From NCBI GenBank assembly GCA_038727095.1, contig JAVYWK010000004.1:1-64000 (forward strand): DNA of 64,000 nt. Direction: 5' to 3'. Position 1 is the stretch's first letter. The number at the start of each line of letters is the position of its first letter. Positions 48,467-58,855 of this stretch are shown here, piece by piece. Source of the stretch: Thermofilaceae archaeon (GTDB lineage: Archaea; Thermoproteota; Thermoprotei; Thermofilales; Thermofilaceae). The notes under the pieces are model-generated. The model was not told the DNA's origin. It ran no database searches and saw only the letters and a list, made by a program, of their open reading frames with translations. The position numbers were made by a program, and so were the translations under genes.

Positions 48467-49508
48467 CGACCTGCATCCGGAAGGGGTCGGGTATCGCCCC
48501 CCACTCGGGCCTGAAAGCCGCGTACTCCTCCCCGTGTCCATCGTTAATGTCGTAGAAGATCCATACCCCTATGGCCCGATCGGCCCCCCTGATGAGTTGG
48601 AGCTTCCTGGAGATGCCCTCAAGCCACTCCTTCGGCGTTCTAGCCCCGTGGTAGCCGGTGACCACCATCTGGCAGGGGAGCAGGTTCGAGTAGGCGCTGA
48701 GCGCGTCCTCCGAGTAGAGCTCGGTGACGACGAGGAACGGGGGATCCTTCGCCGCAAGGTCCACGGCGACCCTGACGAAGGGCTGGTCGATCCACGCCGC
48801 GTACAGGGGCTTCAGCCGGTCGGGCAGCGAGTTGTAGAAGCTGAGGACGTCGTCGGCGTCCATCCTGTCGATCCAGCCGTACCAGACCGCGATCCTCCAG
48901 GTCGAGTTGAGCTGGGAGAGGAAGTCCATCACGCTGAGAACCAGCCTGTTCATCCGGGTGCCGGGGACCAGGTACTCTCGCTCAGCGCCGTACTTCCACT
49001 TGGGGAGGAGGGCCCACATGATCCTCAGCCCTTGCTCGGCCGCGATGCTGTCGAGGAGCTTCAGGTTGCTGTAGTAGAGCTCGGTGTCGTCGGCCGGTAC
49101 GACGATGATGACCGTGTTGTAGACCATCGATATCGCCCGGAAGTCCTCCTCCACGTAGCTGCGGTAAGCGCTGAGGTTCGCGTAGACGTAGAAGTAGATC
49201 CTATCCCCGTAGCGCTCCCTCCACTCCGGCGAGCACGCCCCGGAAGGGAGGATGTAGGCGATCGCCCTCACCCCGGGGGGAACGGTGCAGCCGGCGCTGG
49301 CGCCAGTGGTCTCCCTCAAGGCCTCTTCCAACTCTCGAAGCCTCTCCTGCAGCTGCTGCCGAACCCTCTCAACCTCCCTCAAGGTTTCCGAAAGCTCGTT
49401 CAGCCTTCTCGTTAACTCGGCCATCCTCATCAGGACGACTGCGGTTACTAGAAGAGAGGTTGCCGCGACGATTAAAGCTGCCGCTGCTACAACGTAGCGA
49501 ACGTCCAC
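48444..49508 (-). CDS. Membrane-anchored protein with coiled coil and glycoside-hydrolase-like barrel
   Basis: N-terminal TM, heptad coil, aromatic-rich domain (VVTELY, GVWIFYD). Confidence 0.6.
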   Translation of the reverse strand: MDVRYVVAAAALIVAATSLLVTAVVLMRMAELTRRLNELSETLREVERVRQQLQERLRELEEALRETTGASAGCTVPPGVRAIAYILPSGACSPEWRERYGDRIYFYVYANLSAYRSYVEEDFRAISMVYNTVIIVVPADDTELYYSNLKLLDSIAAEQGLRIMWALLPKWKYGAEREYLVPGTRMNRLVLSVMDFLSQLNSTWRIAVWYGWIDRMDADDVLSFYNSLPDRLKPLYAAWIDQPFVRVAVDLAAKDPPFLVVTELYSEDALSAYSNLLPCQMVVTGYHGARTPKEWLEGISRKLQLIRGADRAIGVWIFYDINDGHGEEYAAFRPEWGAIPDPFRMQVVSLSKPP

Positions 49509-49689
49509 GGGGGGGGCCTAAGCTGCAGCCTTTTATAAGTGCGCCCCCGATTTATTTCTGAAAACCAACTTGTTCTCAATAGGTTCATCGTTAATGACGG
49601 TGGAATATGTTATAAACAAATAGTTAAATGCTTTAATTCATTGTTTTTCTTATGAAGCCGTTAACTATTTATATCTACCGAGTTCTAAC

Positions 49690-50364
49690 TTGTCGATGCA
49701 TATGGAGCCAGGAAGGTTCCCCCTGATAGGGGAGAAAGTACCATCATTTACAGCAAAGACAACGCACGGTGTGATAAACTTCCCAGATGATTACAAAGGC
49801 AAATGGATCGTCCTCTTCAGCCACCCAGCCGACTTCACGCCGGTCTGCACCACGGAGTTCGTAGCCTTCCAGAAGAGGTTCGAGGAGTTCCAGAAGTTCA
49901 ACGTGCAGCTCATCGGCCTCAGCATCGACCAGGTGTTCAGCCACATCAAGTGGGTTGAGTGGATCAAGGAGAAGCTGGGCGTCGAGATAAAGTTCCCGAT
50001 CATCGCCGACGACACGGGTGAGATCGCGAAGAAGTACGGCATGATCCACCCCGGCAAGGGGACGAACACGGTTAGAGCGGTCTTCATCATCGACCCCAAC
50101 GGGATACTCAGAGCGGTGTTCTACTACCCGCAGGAGCTTGGGAGGAACATCGATGAGATCCTGAGGGCCGTCAAGGCTCTCCAGGTGAGCGACCAGCACA
50201 AGGTGGCCATGCCGGCGAACTGGCCGAACAACGAGCTGATCGGCGACAAAGTCATCATCCCACCCGCTACAGACGAAAAGACGGCCAAGGAGAGACTAGA
50301 GAGAGCCGCGAGAAAGGAGATCGAGTGCTACGACTGGTGGTTCTGTTACAAATCTATAAAGTAA
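49690..50364 (+). CDS. prx: Peroxiredoxin (archaeal Prx6-type)
   Basis: [15 protein letters not shown]; C-terminal CYDWWFC. Confidence 0.95.
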   Translation: MSMHMEPGRFPLIGEKVPSFTAKTTHGVINFPDDYKGKWIVLFSHPADFTPVCTTEFVAFQKRFEEFQKFNVQLIGLSIDQVFSHIKWVEWIKEKLGVEIKFPIIADDTGEIAKKYGMIHPGKGTNTVRAVFIIDPNGILRAVFYYPQELGRNIDEILRAVKALQVSDQHKVAMPANWPNNELIGDKVIIPPATDEKTAKERLERAARKEIECYDWWFCYKSIK

Positions 50365-50783
50365 AGAGCATGACCATATATTTTTCTTTTTATTTTTAAG
50401 TAAACTAATTTAACATGCAAACAGTATATTCTCGCTAGTTGTAAGTTAAAAGATCGTAAGAACTGTAAATTATACTGCTTCTTTTTCAGAGGCGAATTAT
50501 TTGCTACTTTTTCTTAACATTAGAACGTAATAAAATTGGGGTAAAAGGGTGATCATTGCGATGTACTGCAGACGAAGGGGCTTGGTATGCAAGTAGCGGG
50601 AAAGTACATCAGTGCGTTAATTTCGCAGACAAGCAGGAGAAACTTATGGAAGGAAACTGCGAGGAAGCTCAGCAAGCTTCTAGATGCCTCCCGAGAATGC
50701 TGCTGGAGCCTTTATGGTTTTCCTTGTTGCTTAAGCTAAAATATTTAATCAAAAATAAAGAAGATCATTAAGTTTTCATTTTA

Positions 50784-51728
50784 TTAGGCAGCTTTTACAG
50801 TAAATCTTAGATTAAAGGCGTTAGCAGGAGAAATGATGTCGCCGTCTTTAATAGGAACCCTTCCCTTTCCCCTAATATCCTCTCCATTTACGAAAGTTCC
50901 ATTCGTGCTCCCTTCATCGATTATTACAAAACTACCGCTGATATAGTCATAGTCGATCGTAAACTGGCCGCGCGGCATACGACGACTAATAAGAGAAAGG
51001 ACGCTTGATGGTACTATACCGGTGAAATCCTCCCTACCAAATCGCGCTGGAAGGCTGGTTATCGGAATCACTTTGTCCCCCAGCTCCAGCATCGCTACAA
51101 GCCTCATCGTCTCCCCACTAGGCGCGGGTACTGAAACAGTTGCACCAGGAACCCCTGTTACCACTGTTGGGCCTTCAACCGGTGCTACTCGCTCAGCCCC
51201 AGTAGGCGGCGGTTGGGGGGCAAGCGATGTTCTCCTCCGAAGAAGCACCACAGCGCCAACAGCAGCGAGAAGAACCACAGCTGGTATAATTGCCCAGATT
51301 AGCGGGAATTCTTCAATGACTTCAAATGGAAGATCCCCTTCTTCAAGCCTCCCAGTAGCTGGATCCCAAACTCTAACACGTATAGCATACTTTCCAGTAA
51401 CATCCGTCGGTGCAATATCATACCTTGCTATTACCCTCTCAGCGTTCAACGCAACACGAGTGCGTGACAAAAGTGTAAGCGGTGTCCTACCAGCCTCAGG
51501 AGGGAAAAACAGTAAAACCTCGACTTCTATGGTTGCTCCAGTAATCGGTGGTCGTGCTACTACGTAAACCGTGTCCCCTCGTTTAAACTGGTTTTCCTCG
51601 GCTCCGATAGGGACTTTTGAGAGATAGAAGTACACGTCACGAAGAGTCACTAGAGGGGCAGCAGCTAAATAAACGGCGAAGAAGATTGAAAGGGTGATGA
51701 ATGCCGCAATTTTACTTATTTTCACCAT
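50784..51728 (-). CDS. Single-pass membrane protein with extracellular Ig-like domain and cytoplasmic FHA domain
   Basis: Signal peptide, TM WAIIPAVVLLAAVGAVVLL-RRR, Pro/Thr linker, FGR..ISRR..DEGSTNGTFVNG. Confidence 0.85.
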   Translation of the reverse strand: MVKISKIAAFITLSIFFAVYLAAAPLVTLRDVYFYLSKVPIGAEENQFKRGDTVYVVARPPITGATIEVEVLLFFPPEAGRTPLTLLSRTRVALNAERVIARYDIAPTDVTGKYAIRVRVWDPATGRLEEGDLPFEVIEEFPLIWAIIPAVVLLAAVGAVVLLRRRTSLAPQPPPTGAERVAPVEGPTVVTGVPGATVSVPAPSGETMRLVAMLELGDKVIPITSLPARFGREDFTGIVPSSVLSLISRRMPRGQFTIDYDYISGSFVIIDEGSTNGTFVNGEDIRGKGRVPIKDGDIISPANAFNLRFTVKAA

Positions 51729-51747
51729 CGATTAAAAAGAAAAGCAG

Positions 51748-51756
51748 ATATATAAA
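51748..51756 (-). promoter_or_regulatory. Archaeal TATA box (probably leaderless transcript)
   Basis: TTTATATAT 20-28 nt upstream of ATG 51728. Confidence 0.5.
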
Positions 51757-51913
51757 TGTTTTACGCTACAGAATTACAATTACCCAATTAGACAACATTA
51801 AGGCCGCGCACTAGTAATAGAGCAAATGGAAGCTCGTTTCTGCTGGAAGGATTAGACGAGCGAAACCTGTAGACTCACGAAGGCTAGTGTACTCGCTATG
51901 CAGTGCCTACGAT

Positions 51914-53155
51914 TTAAGCCGAGCTTTCCCTTATTCTAAAAGTTAATACTAAGTAAGGAGGATGTTTTAGAGACGAACCATAGGCTACGTATATGAGCGC
52001 CTTTTTCCCAAGTTCTACAGGCTGACTCTCAACACCTCTACCCTTCCACACCTCGATTAAATGGCCTTCAACGCGGATAGCTGTTCTATTAAGCGATCCT
52101 AAATCCTTGATAAACCATTTCCCGCCTTTATAAAATATTTCAAAATGGTTTCTAGAGATCCACTTGTACGGGTCTATCACTCTTACTTCCATAATATCTC
52201 CCCGCCTATCGACCACAACTTTCGCTCTCTTAGGTTCGATTGATGAAAACCCCGCACTCGTTTGCTCCTCTTTTTCAGCTAGCCTTCCGAAACGAACAAC
52301 AGGTGCCTCAAGCGCGATTTCTTCGCCCAGTACTTCGAGTACTGGCACATCGCTTGGAAGACGCTTTTCCTCACCCTCGAGAGCCAAGATCATGTCTTTC
52401 GCTGATAGAAACCTATCTCCCGGATCCCAGCTCATTGCTTTCATCACAATTGACCTCGTCTCATCGCTTACATCTCGATTGAACATGCCAGGATCTGGAG
52501 GCGAAGGGTATCGCTGTTTTGGGTAGCCAGGCATCGCCAGCTGGGGTGGTTGACCTGTTAAAAGATAGAAGAGTAGAGCACCTGTGGACCAGATATCCGC
52601 TTGAGGGGAGGAAAGCCCGTTAAACTGCTCGGGCGCAGTGTAACCGCCCGGCGAATAAACGATCTCACTAATGCCTGAACGGTTAAAGTATGTGCTCGTC
52701 CCAAAGTCGATCACCTTCGCTGGGAAGAGCTCTACTGGTGTTATTACATTCTTTGGTTTTATATCTCTATGAACAACATTAAGCGAGTGAATGTAATCAA
52801 GAGCTAAAAGAACCTGCTCGATAACCTTCTTAGCTTCACGCTCGTCCAGTCTCCTGCGGAGTCGAAGATCTTCCGTGTTTAATCCTTGCACATATTCTAA
52901 AACTAGAAAAGGAGTTGTCCCAATGCTGCCGCTATCAACATAAGACACCACGTGCGAGTGATTGAGCTTTAATAGTACTTCAATCTCATACTGCAATTTC
53001 GCCAGCGATACGGGGTCTCTCTTAGAAATTTTAACAACAACGTTACCTCTTGAGGAAGAAGCGAGGTAAACATCGCTCATCCCCCCACTGCCTAACAGCT
53101 GTAAAACGCGGTATTCCTCATGTTTACCAACGAGCGTGGAGCCAATTAGGCTCAT
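51914..53155 (-). CDS. Hanks-type Ser/Thr protein kinase with C-terminal FHA domain
   Basis: LGSGGMSDVY, VVVK, HRDIKPKN, DFG, YTAPE, DIWSTG; FHA FGR..ISRNH..DLGSLN. Confidence 0.93.
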   Translation of the reverse strand: MSLIGSTLVGKHEEYRVLQLLGSGGMSDVYLASSSRGNVVVKISKRDPVSLAKLQYEIEVLLKLNHSHVVSYVDSGSIGTTPFLVLEYVQGLNTEDLRLRRRLDEREAKKVIEQVLLALDYIHSLNVVHRDIKPKNVITPVELFPAKVIDFGTSTYFNRSGISEIVYSPGGYTAPEQFNGLSSPQADIWSTGALLFYLLTGQPPQLAMPGYPKQRYPSPPDPGMFNRDVSDETRSIVMKAMSWDPGDRFLSAKDMILALEGEEKRLPSDVPVLEVLGEEIALEAPVVRFGRLAEKEEQTSAGFSSIEPKRAKVVVDRRGDIMEVRVIDPYKWISRNHFEIFYKGGKWFIKDLGSLNRTAIRVEGHLIEVWKGRGVESQPVELGKKALIYVAYGSSLKHPPYLVLTFRIRESSA

Positions 53156-53589
53156 TTAAGTCATACCCTGAACTAAAGCCAAATTTATATATTTTTGCAC
53201 TAAATAATAGCACGAATTTGGTACACAAATTTCTGTTTTCTTACTATAAAGATTCTTAAAAACTCTCTATAATCATCCGATTACATTCTTTTCTCTTGCC
53301 GTTTTTTTTAACAGCAGCAAAGCTAGAACATGATTGAATGCCCCACAATGCACCACGGTGAAACCAGATTTCGATGCAGCTTCTTAAGGACTGTCGCTTA
53401 GTATGGAGAAGCTTGCTACTACGACTATTTCTCTGTTACATAGCAGAGATCCCTAAAGTCGATTCTTACAGCATGATTGTAGTCAAAAAATTTAAAACGA
53501 AAAGCTACATCTTAATCACTATTAGTACAAGGATACACGATTATACTTTCCAAAAAAGGATTAATCCTCGTTTTCCGGTTTCGATACGC

Positions 53590-54219
53590 TTAGCCACTGA
53601 CTGTTCTGAAGACTAAGTTGATTACGCCTGCAGGGCTAATTACGTCTCCATCCTTAAGCTCCTGCATCCCCATACCTCTTATCTGCCTACCATTCAGCAG
53701 TGTACCATTGGTGCTGCTTGAGTCTTCAATATAGAATCGCCCTCCCCTGAACCTGATGATGAACTGCGGCCTACTTTGACTGATCGTATCAAGAAGCCCT
53801 GCTGGAACAATTCCGGCAAAATCGCTCCGGTAGAATGGTTGATCAATAGAGGAAACAATTAACCTACCGTTAGGAGCTTCAAGGTAAGCTAATGCCACTC
53901 TAGTGGTTGAAACCGGTTGAGCAACGACTCTTGTGGGAGAAGGAGCCGAAGGAATAGCAGCTGTTCCGCTAGGTTCAGTGACCGGCTGAACATAATGGGG
54001 AGCTTCTCGAGGCGTGGGGGCTCTTCTCTGCGCATTATAAATAAGCAAACCCCCCGCCGCCAGCATTATTAGTCCAATAAATAACATTGGAAGGCCGATG
54101 ATACCTCCTCCCGGAAAGCCACTGAGCATCAGACCAAAGAATATTCCTATAAGGGCAAGGATAATCAATATCACAGCGACGACTATACTGGCAGCAGTGG
54201 TACCTCTCTCGCCCATCAA
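53590..54219 (-). CDS. Two-TM membrane protein with cytoplasmic FHA domain
   Basis: Two TM helices, Pro/Thr linker, IEDSSSTNGTLLNG..LKDGDVI. Confidence 0.85.
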   Translation of the reverse strand: MMGERGTTAASIVVAVILIILALIGIFFGLMLSGFPGGGIIGLPMLFIGLIMLAAGGLLIYNAQRRAPTPREAPHYVQPVTEPSGTAAIPSAPSPTRVVAQPVSTTRVALAYLEAPNGRLIVSSIDQPFYRSDFAGIVPAGLLDTISQSRPQFIIRFRGGRFYIEDSSSTNGTLLNGRQIRGMGMQELKDGDVISPAGVINLVFRTVSG

Positions 54220-54351
54220 GAGCTAAATTCGTTAAGGGTTATATTTATATTTTTCTACGAGAAAATACATAGCGAATCACTCGGGCTTTTCCGACGTACA
54301 GAAGAATAAACATTAGCCATGCAGAGACTATTAATGTAATGAATATATTAT

Positions 54352-56517
54352 TTAAAAAGTTAATCTTTTAAGATTTTCTAACTTAATTTTTATTTTTTCG
54401 ATTTCTTTAATATACTCATTTTTTAACTGATCATAGATTTCATCAGATATCTGGCCTGATGCTTTCATCACTTCAAGCTTGTTGAGATACTCAACGTACT
54501 TACTTAACTCGACCTCCAACTTCTTAATTTCTTGCTCCGCAACGATCGTCTTAGCAGCTGTTTCAGCTGTTGCTTGGATAATTTGTGTTTCACCTTTACT
54601 AGTTAACTTTAAGAATTTTGCAAAAATAGTTGCAACCTGCGGAGGAGGATGGAGTTTACCTACCCTCGTTAAGTAGACGAAGGCGAAGGTTCCTAGTACA
54701 ACAGCCACTGCAACGATAACGATGGCTAAAGCTGTGTAGTCAGTCCTCCATCGTGCTCTCACGTAAACGGGAGACTCAACCGATCCCTGGAGGTAACCCA
54801 TCCGCAAGTCCATCCAAACTTGTCTGAGACCTGTGGTCGAAAAACCATCTAGAACATAAGCTACAGGAAAGCCTACCCTCGATGCGGAAAGCCTAATCGT
54901 GATTAAAGCACCTTCCTCAGCCCAGCAGCCATCACTCCAGAAGGAACAACCATCTATCGAGTACTCGACGTTAATGTCCGGGTCGAAGGATACCTTAAAC
55001 GCTTTCTTCCATATAACCGTCAGTTTCTTAGGTGAATCCACTGTGAAACGGATGACAGGATCTCTTGAGGAAATATCACCTTCCCAACCTTTAAAGATAA
55101 TAACTTCATTTTCTTGTAAAGGTATCATCTCACGAGTAATTCTGACTTCAGCCGTTGAGCCAGCAGAGTACCAACCTCCTCCTACAGCGGCATTTAGTGG
55201 GTCTTCAACAGTTACCATATACTCTCTTATCCACTTAGCTTGTAAGTTAATTGGTTTGTCGACGGTTATCACTAACCTGTTTGATCTACTATACAGTCTT
55301 TCTTCGTCGTACCAGCCTTGAAACACATCTCTTACATCCGTTCTCACTGTTTTAAAATCGGCAGCGTTAGCTTCAATCTTCGTACCTTCACGGTACCAGC
55401 CTTCCACATCTTCATCCCCTCCCTTAATTGAGACGTAAAATTCTTTAAACTCATAGAGTCGAACAATTATCGACACGGGTTTTTCATTGCTATCGATGTT
55501 CACGTCGACGGGGTTACCAAAGTACTCTTTCCCAGATATTATCCACTTATCGACTGAGTAAGCAATTCTCTCTGCAGAACTTACGAGCCTTGAGGGGGCA
55601 TCCACGCGGAGAGTATGCATACCAGCTTGCAACCAGTGCTCTCCAGGCGAGAAGGGACTACCATCGATGATAACCGTTGTATTCAGTACTACTTTTACCA
55701 TCTTTGTATAGTGGAAGGTAAGCTTCGCCGACTCTGAAGTTGTGAAAGAGCTTTGAGAAGCTACATACTTTACACCAGAACCTGCGCTAATCTCTGGATC
55801 CACTGATACAGTGTAACTTGCTTTCTTGACAGTAACCTCTAGAGGTTGATTCAGTGCTGCCTTGCCTTTCAATGCTTTGTTAATGTACACTTGTGTCCCG
55901 ATTCCAGAAGGTAGACCTGAGACTTCAACTCTAATCGTGATAATTGGCGAGAAGTAGATTGTGTAGCGAAGTGGAGCTTGATCATAGGTGGGGTTAATCC
56001 AGTGTACCTCGTTAAAGCCTCGGGAAGTTGGAGGTGGATCAACGCTATGGAAAGGTATACTAAAGTACACATGCACTTCATCAATCCAGCCTCCTTGCGG
56101 TTTAAAAATGTCTTGAAAAGTTAATGAATCTAATTCATCGTTGTAAAAGCCTGACTCAGAAAGAGAGAAGCGAAGGGTAACATAAACCTTTCTTTCATTA
56201 TCATTAATACCGTAATCCCAAATCGAAAATCTACTTAACCTAAACATATATGCAATTCTATTTATTAAGCCTTGATAATAAAAATCTTTGTATTCATAAA
56301 AACATGATTTCCATGATTCCCAATCAAAAACTATAGGTTTAAACCATGCCATAACGCGGACATCGTCACGACCGTACACCCAGATATCATTGCCCAGGTA
56401 CCGCGTAACTTCGCACATGGCTTGGGCCTGCGTCGAGAGAGCTAGTGCCGAGAATCGAAGTACGATTGCCAAGAGCAAGAAAGCGGGGATAGCGATGCAT
56501 AAACGATGGATTTTCAC
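54352..56517 (-). CDS. Large single-pass surface protein with beta-sandwich repeats and cytoplasmic SHOCT-like coiled coil
   Basis: Signal peptide; GWYREG/GWYSAG repeats; TM; tail LNKLEVMKASGQISDEIYDQLKNEY. Confidence 0.8.
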   Translation of the reverse strand: MKIHRLCIAIPAFLLLAIVLRFSALALSTQAQAMCEVTRYLGNDIWVYGRDDVRVMAWFKPIVFDWESWKSCFYEYKDFYYQGLINRIAYMFRLSRFSIWDYGINDNERKVYVTLRFSLSESGFYNDELDSLTFQDIFKPQGGWIDEVHVYFSIPFHSVDPPPTSRGFNEVHWINPTYDQAPLRYTIYFSPIITIRVEVSGLPSGIGTQVYINKALKGKAALNQPLEVTVKKASYTVSVDPEISAGSGVKYVASQSSFTTSESAKLTFHYTKMVKVVLNTTVIIDGSPFSPGEHWLQAGMHTLRVDAPSRLVSSAERIAYSVDKWIISGKEYFGNPVDVNIDSNEKPVSIIVRLYEFKEFYVSIKGGDEDVEGWYREGTKIEANAADFKTVRTDVRDVFQGWYDEERLYSRSNRLVITVDKPINLQAKWIREYMVTVEDPLNAAVGGGWYSAGSTAEVRITREMIPLQENEVIIFKGWEGDISSRDPVIRFTVDSPKKLTVIWKKAFKVSFDPDINVEYSIDGCSFWSDGCWAEEGALITIRLSASRVGFPVAYVLDGFSTTGLRQVWMDLRMGYLQGSVESPVYVRARWRTDYTALAIVIVAVAVVLGTFAFVYLTRVGKLHPPPQVATIFAKFLKLTSKGETQIIQATAETAAKTIVAEQEIKKLEVELSKYVEYLNKLEVMKASGQISDEIYDQLKNEYIKEIEKIKIKLENLKRLTF

Positions 56518-56963
56518 ATATTTAACCTTTCTGCCCTATATAAAAATTTTACTTTGTTAGTACTCCTAGATTACTGTTGTAGTTAATTTATACATTATCT
56601 TTTTTGATTACCTTGTTAAATAAAACATAAATATAGGGAATATTTAGATAATTAGTATCATAGAATCTATAAATATTTTAGTCACAATATTTTTATTTTT
56701 TATTAATTATGAATAATTTTCTAATATATTAGCATTTCTAGTTAACAGTAAAATTACCAAAATTTATAAAAAATGACTAACTGGCCGTGCGTCTTTTACA
56801 ATCTTAATATTATGGAATTAACTTTCCGAAGTAAATGTTTGTATTTCAGAATTTTACTTAAACAATTCTTAGGCATTTTACATCATATAATGATTTCTCA
56901 TTGTTCGATTTCTGAAAATATTCTTTGGAAATTTTATGAATATACTAAGTAATTGATATACAG

Positions 56964-57686
56964 TTATCTTCTTATAAGTTTATTAATTTCGCTTTTACTA
57001 TAGATTCCTGCTATGCTTCCATCGACAAGTCGTACAGCATTGTCACAGTAATCGAGTAATTCTAGATTATGTGTAGCCATTACTACCGTTAAGTTCAACT
57101 CCTCAATCAACTTCCTGAAGAGGTTGATGACTATCCTCGCGTTGCTCGAGTCAAGGTTCCCCGTTGGCTCGTCGGCTAAGAGCAGCTTGGGTTGAGTCAC
57201 TATCGCTCTCGCAATTGCTACGCGTTGCTGCTCGCCACCGCTGAGCTCTGTCGGCCTGTGCCTGGCTCTATGCTCGAGGCCTACGAGCTTCAAAGCCTCC
57301 AACGCTCTCCTCCTACGCTCCTTCGGGTCGACTCCTCGAGCCACGAGCGGCAGCTCCACGTTCTCCAGGGCGGTGAGCCTCGGGATCAGGTGGAAGAATT
57401 GGAAGACGAAGCCCACGTACTCGTTCCTGTACCTGCTCAGCTCCCTGTCACTCTTCAGCGAGCTGACCTCAATACCCCCCACTCTGACGAGGCCGCGCGT
57501 CGGCCTGTCGAGGCCCCCTATGAGGTGGAGCAGCGTGCTCTTCCCGGAGCCGCTGGGCCCCACAACGGCGAGGAACTCCCCTCGATCGACCTCGAGGTTG
57601 ACGCCCCTCAAGGCCTGGACTTTGGCCTTCCCGAGCTCGTACTCCTTCCAAAGGTCCCGTACCTCCACCATCGGCATCGCGATCAC
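56964..57686 (-). CDS. MacB/LolD-type ABC transporter ATPase
   Basis: GPSGSGKS, GFVFQ, LSGGEQQRVAIAR, ADEPTGNLD. Confidence 0.93.
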   Translation of the reverse strand: MIAMPMVEVRDLWKEYELGKAKVQALRGVNLEVDRGEFLAVVGPSGSGKSTLLHLIGGLDRPTRGLVRVGGIEVSSLKSDRELSRYRNEYVGFVFQFFHLIPRLTALENVELPLVARGVDPKERRRRALEALKLVGLEHRARHRPTELSGGEQQRVAIARAIVTQPKLLLADEPTGNLDSSNARIVINLFRKLIEELNLTVVMATHNLELLDYCDNAVRLVDGSIAGIYSKSEINKLIRR

Positions 57687-58855
57687 TCGTACCGTAGGGC
57701 CTTCACAGGGTCAAGCCTTGCAGCCGTCCGGGCGGGGACAGCGGCTGCCAGGACGTTTGCGAGCAGGGGGGCTGACAGGGCGATGAGCAGTAGCTCGGGT
57801 GTGAGGCTCGGGGTTAGCCTGATCATGAATAGGGGGATCGAGAGGAACCGCGAGGCTGCTAGGCTGAATACTAGGCCGGCGCACCCGCCGATCAGCGAGA
57901 CGAGGGCTGCCTCTGCCAGGAAGATGAGGAGCACGTCTTGCGAGGTGAAGCCGACGGCTTTCAGCACGCCGATCTCCTTGACCCGCTGCACAACGCTGAT
58001 CGCGGTGCTGTCGAAGATCCAGAGCGCTGTGATGCCGACGCTGAGCACCGAGATGAACGCTAGGAATCCGCTGAGGGCGTTTACGAATATCCCGAGCTGG
58101 TTGACCATCGCGATCGGGCTGAACACGTTGGATCGAGGTGGTGCGAGAGCCCTAGCGTAGTCGGTGATCTGCTGCGCGAGCGAGGGGTCCTCCAGCACGA
58201 GGATTGCAGCCTGGTAAACCCTCCTACCGCTCACGTACGTGGTGTAAGCCTGGGGGTCCATGAAGATGGAGTCGTCAACCGAGATCCAGGTTCTGAAGCC
58301 GAAGGGTCTCGCCAGGCCGGCGATGATGACGCTCAAGCTCTTCCCACCGATCGATAGGGTAAGCGCTCCACCTATCTCGTGCATCCGAGCCCCGGTACTC
58401 TGGTCCATCCACAGGTTCGCGCCGAGGATGACGCCCAACCCCTGCGGGGTTTGAACACCTTCCTCGACGAAAGTGCTCAAGTCGGCCAAGCCGAGCAGCT
58501 CGGGCAAGTGCTCGGGTGCAACGGAGATCACCGTCACCGTCCTATAGCCCGCAGGAGTCGCTAGGGTGGCTTGAGCCGTTGAGACCCCAAAGCAGGTTCT
58601 AACGCCGGGTATGGTGGAGAATAGCGCTAGGTCAGCATCTGTGAGGCCCGGAGCTGGGTTCGTTACGATCACCGAGTTGGCGGCTAGGGTTCTCCCTAGA
58701 AGCTCGGTGAACGCCTGCTGGAAGGCGCTGCCCAGGCCGAGAGCGAGCGAGAGCGCTGTCACGGCTATCGCGACACCGACGGCTGCTCCGGCAGCCCTAC
58801 CCTTCCTCTCGCTCAACCCCCTCAGCGCGTACCACGCGTAGTCAACTACTCTCAC
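57683..58855 (-). CDS. MacB/FtsX-type ABC permease
   Basis: QRVKEIGVLKAVG, PARTAARLDPVKALRYE. Confidence 0.92.
   Translation of the reverse strand: MRVVDYAWYALRGLSERKGRAAGAAVGVAIAVTALSLALGLGSAFQQAFTELLGRTLAANSVIVTNPAPGLTDADLALFSTIPGVRTCFGVSTAQATLATPAGYRTVTVISVAPEHLPELLGLADLSTFVEEGVQTPQGLGVILGANLWMDQSTGARMHEIGGALTLSIGGKSLSVIIAGLARPFGFRTWISVDDSIFMDPQAYTTYVSGRRVYQAAILVLEDPSLAQQITDYARALAPPRSNVFSPIAMVNQLGIFVNALSGFLAFISVLSVGITALWIFDSTAISVVQRVKEIGVLKAVGFTSQDVLLIFLAEAALVSLIGGCAGLVFSLAASRFLSIPLFMIRLTPSLTPELLLIALSAPLLANVLAAAVPARTAARLDPVKALRYE

Noticed and set aside
45252-49415. Long antisense ORFs (45252-46256 minus, 48534-49415 plus)
   Set aside because: Shadows of GC-rich real genes on the opposite strand.
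56518-56963. Replication origin
   Set aside because: No ORB-like boxes and no cdc6/orc1 gene nearby.
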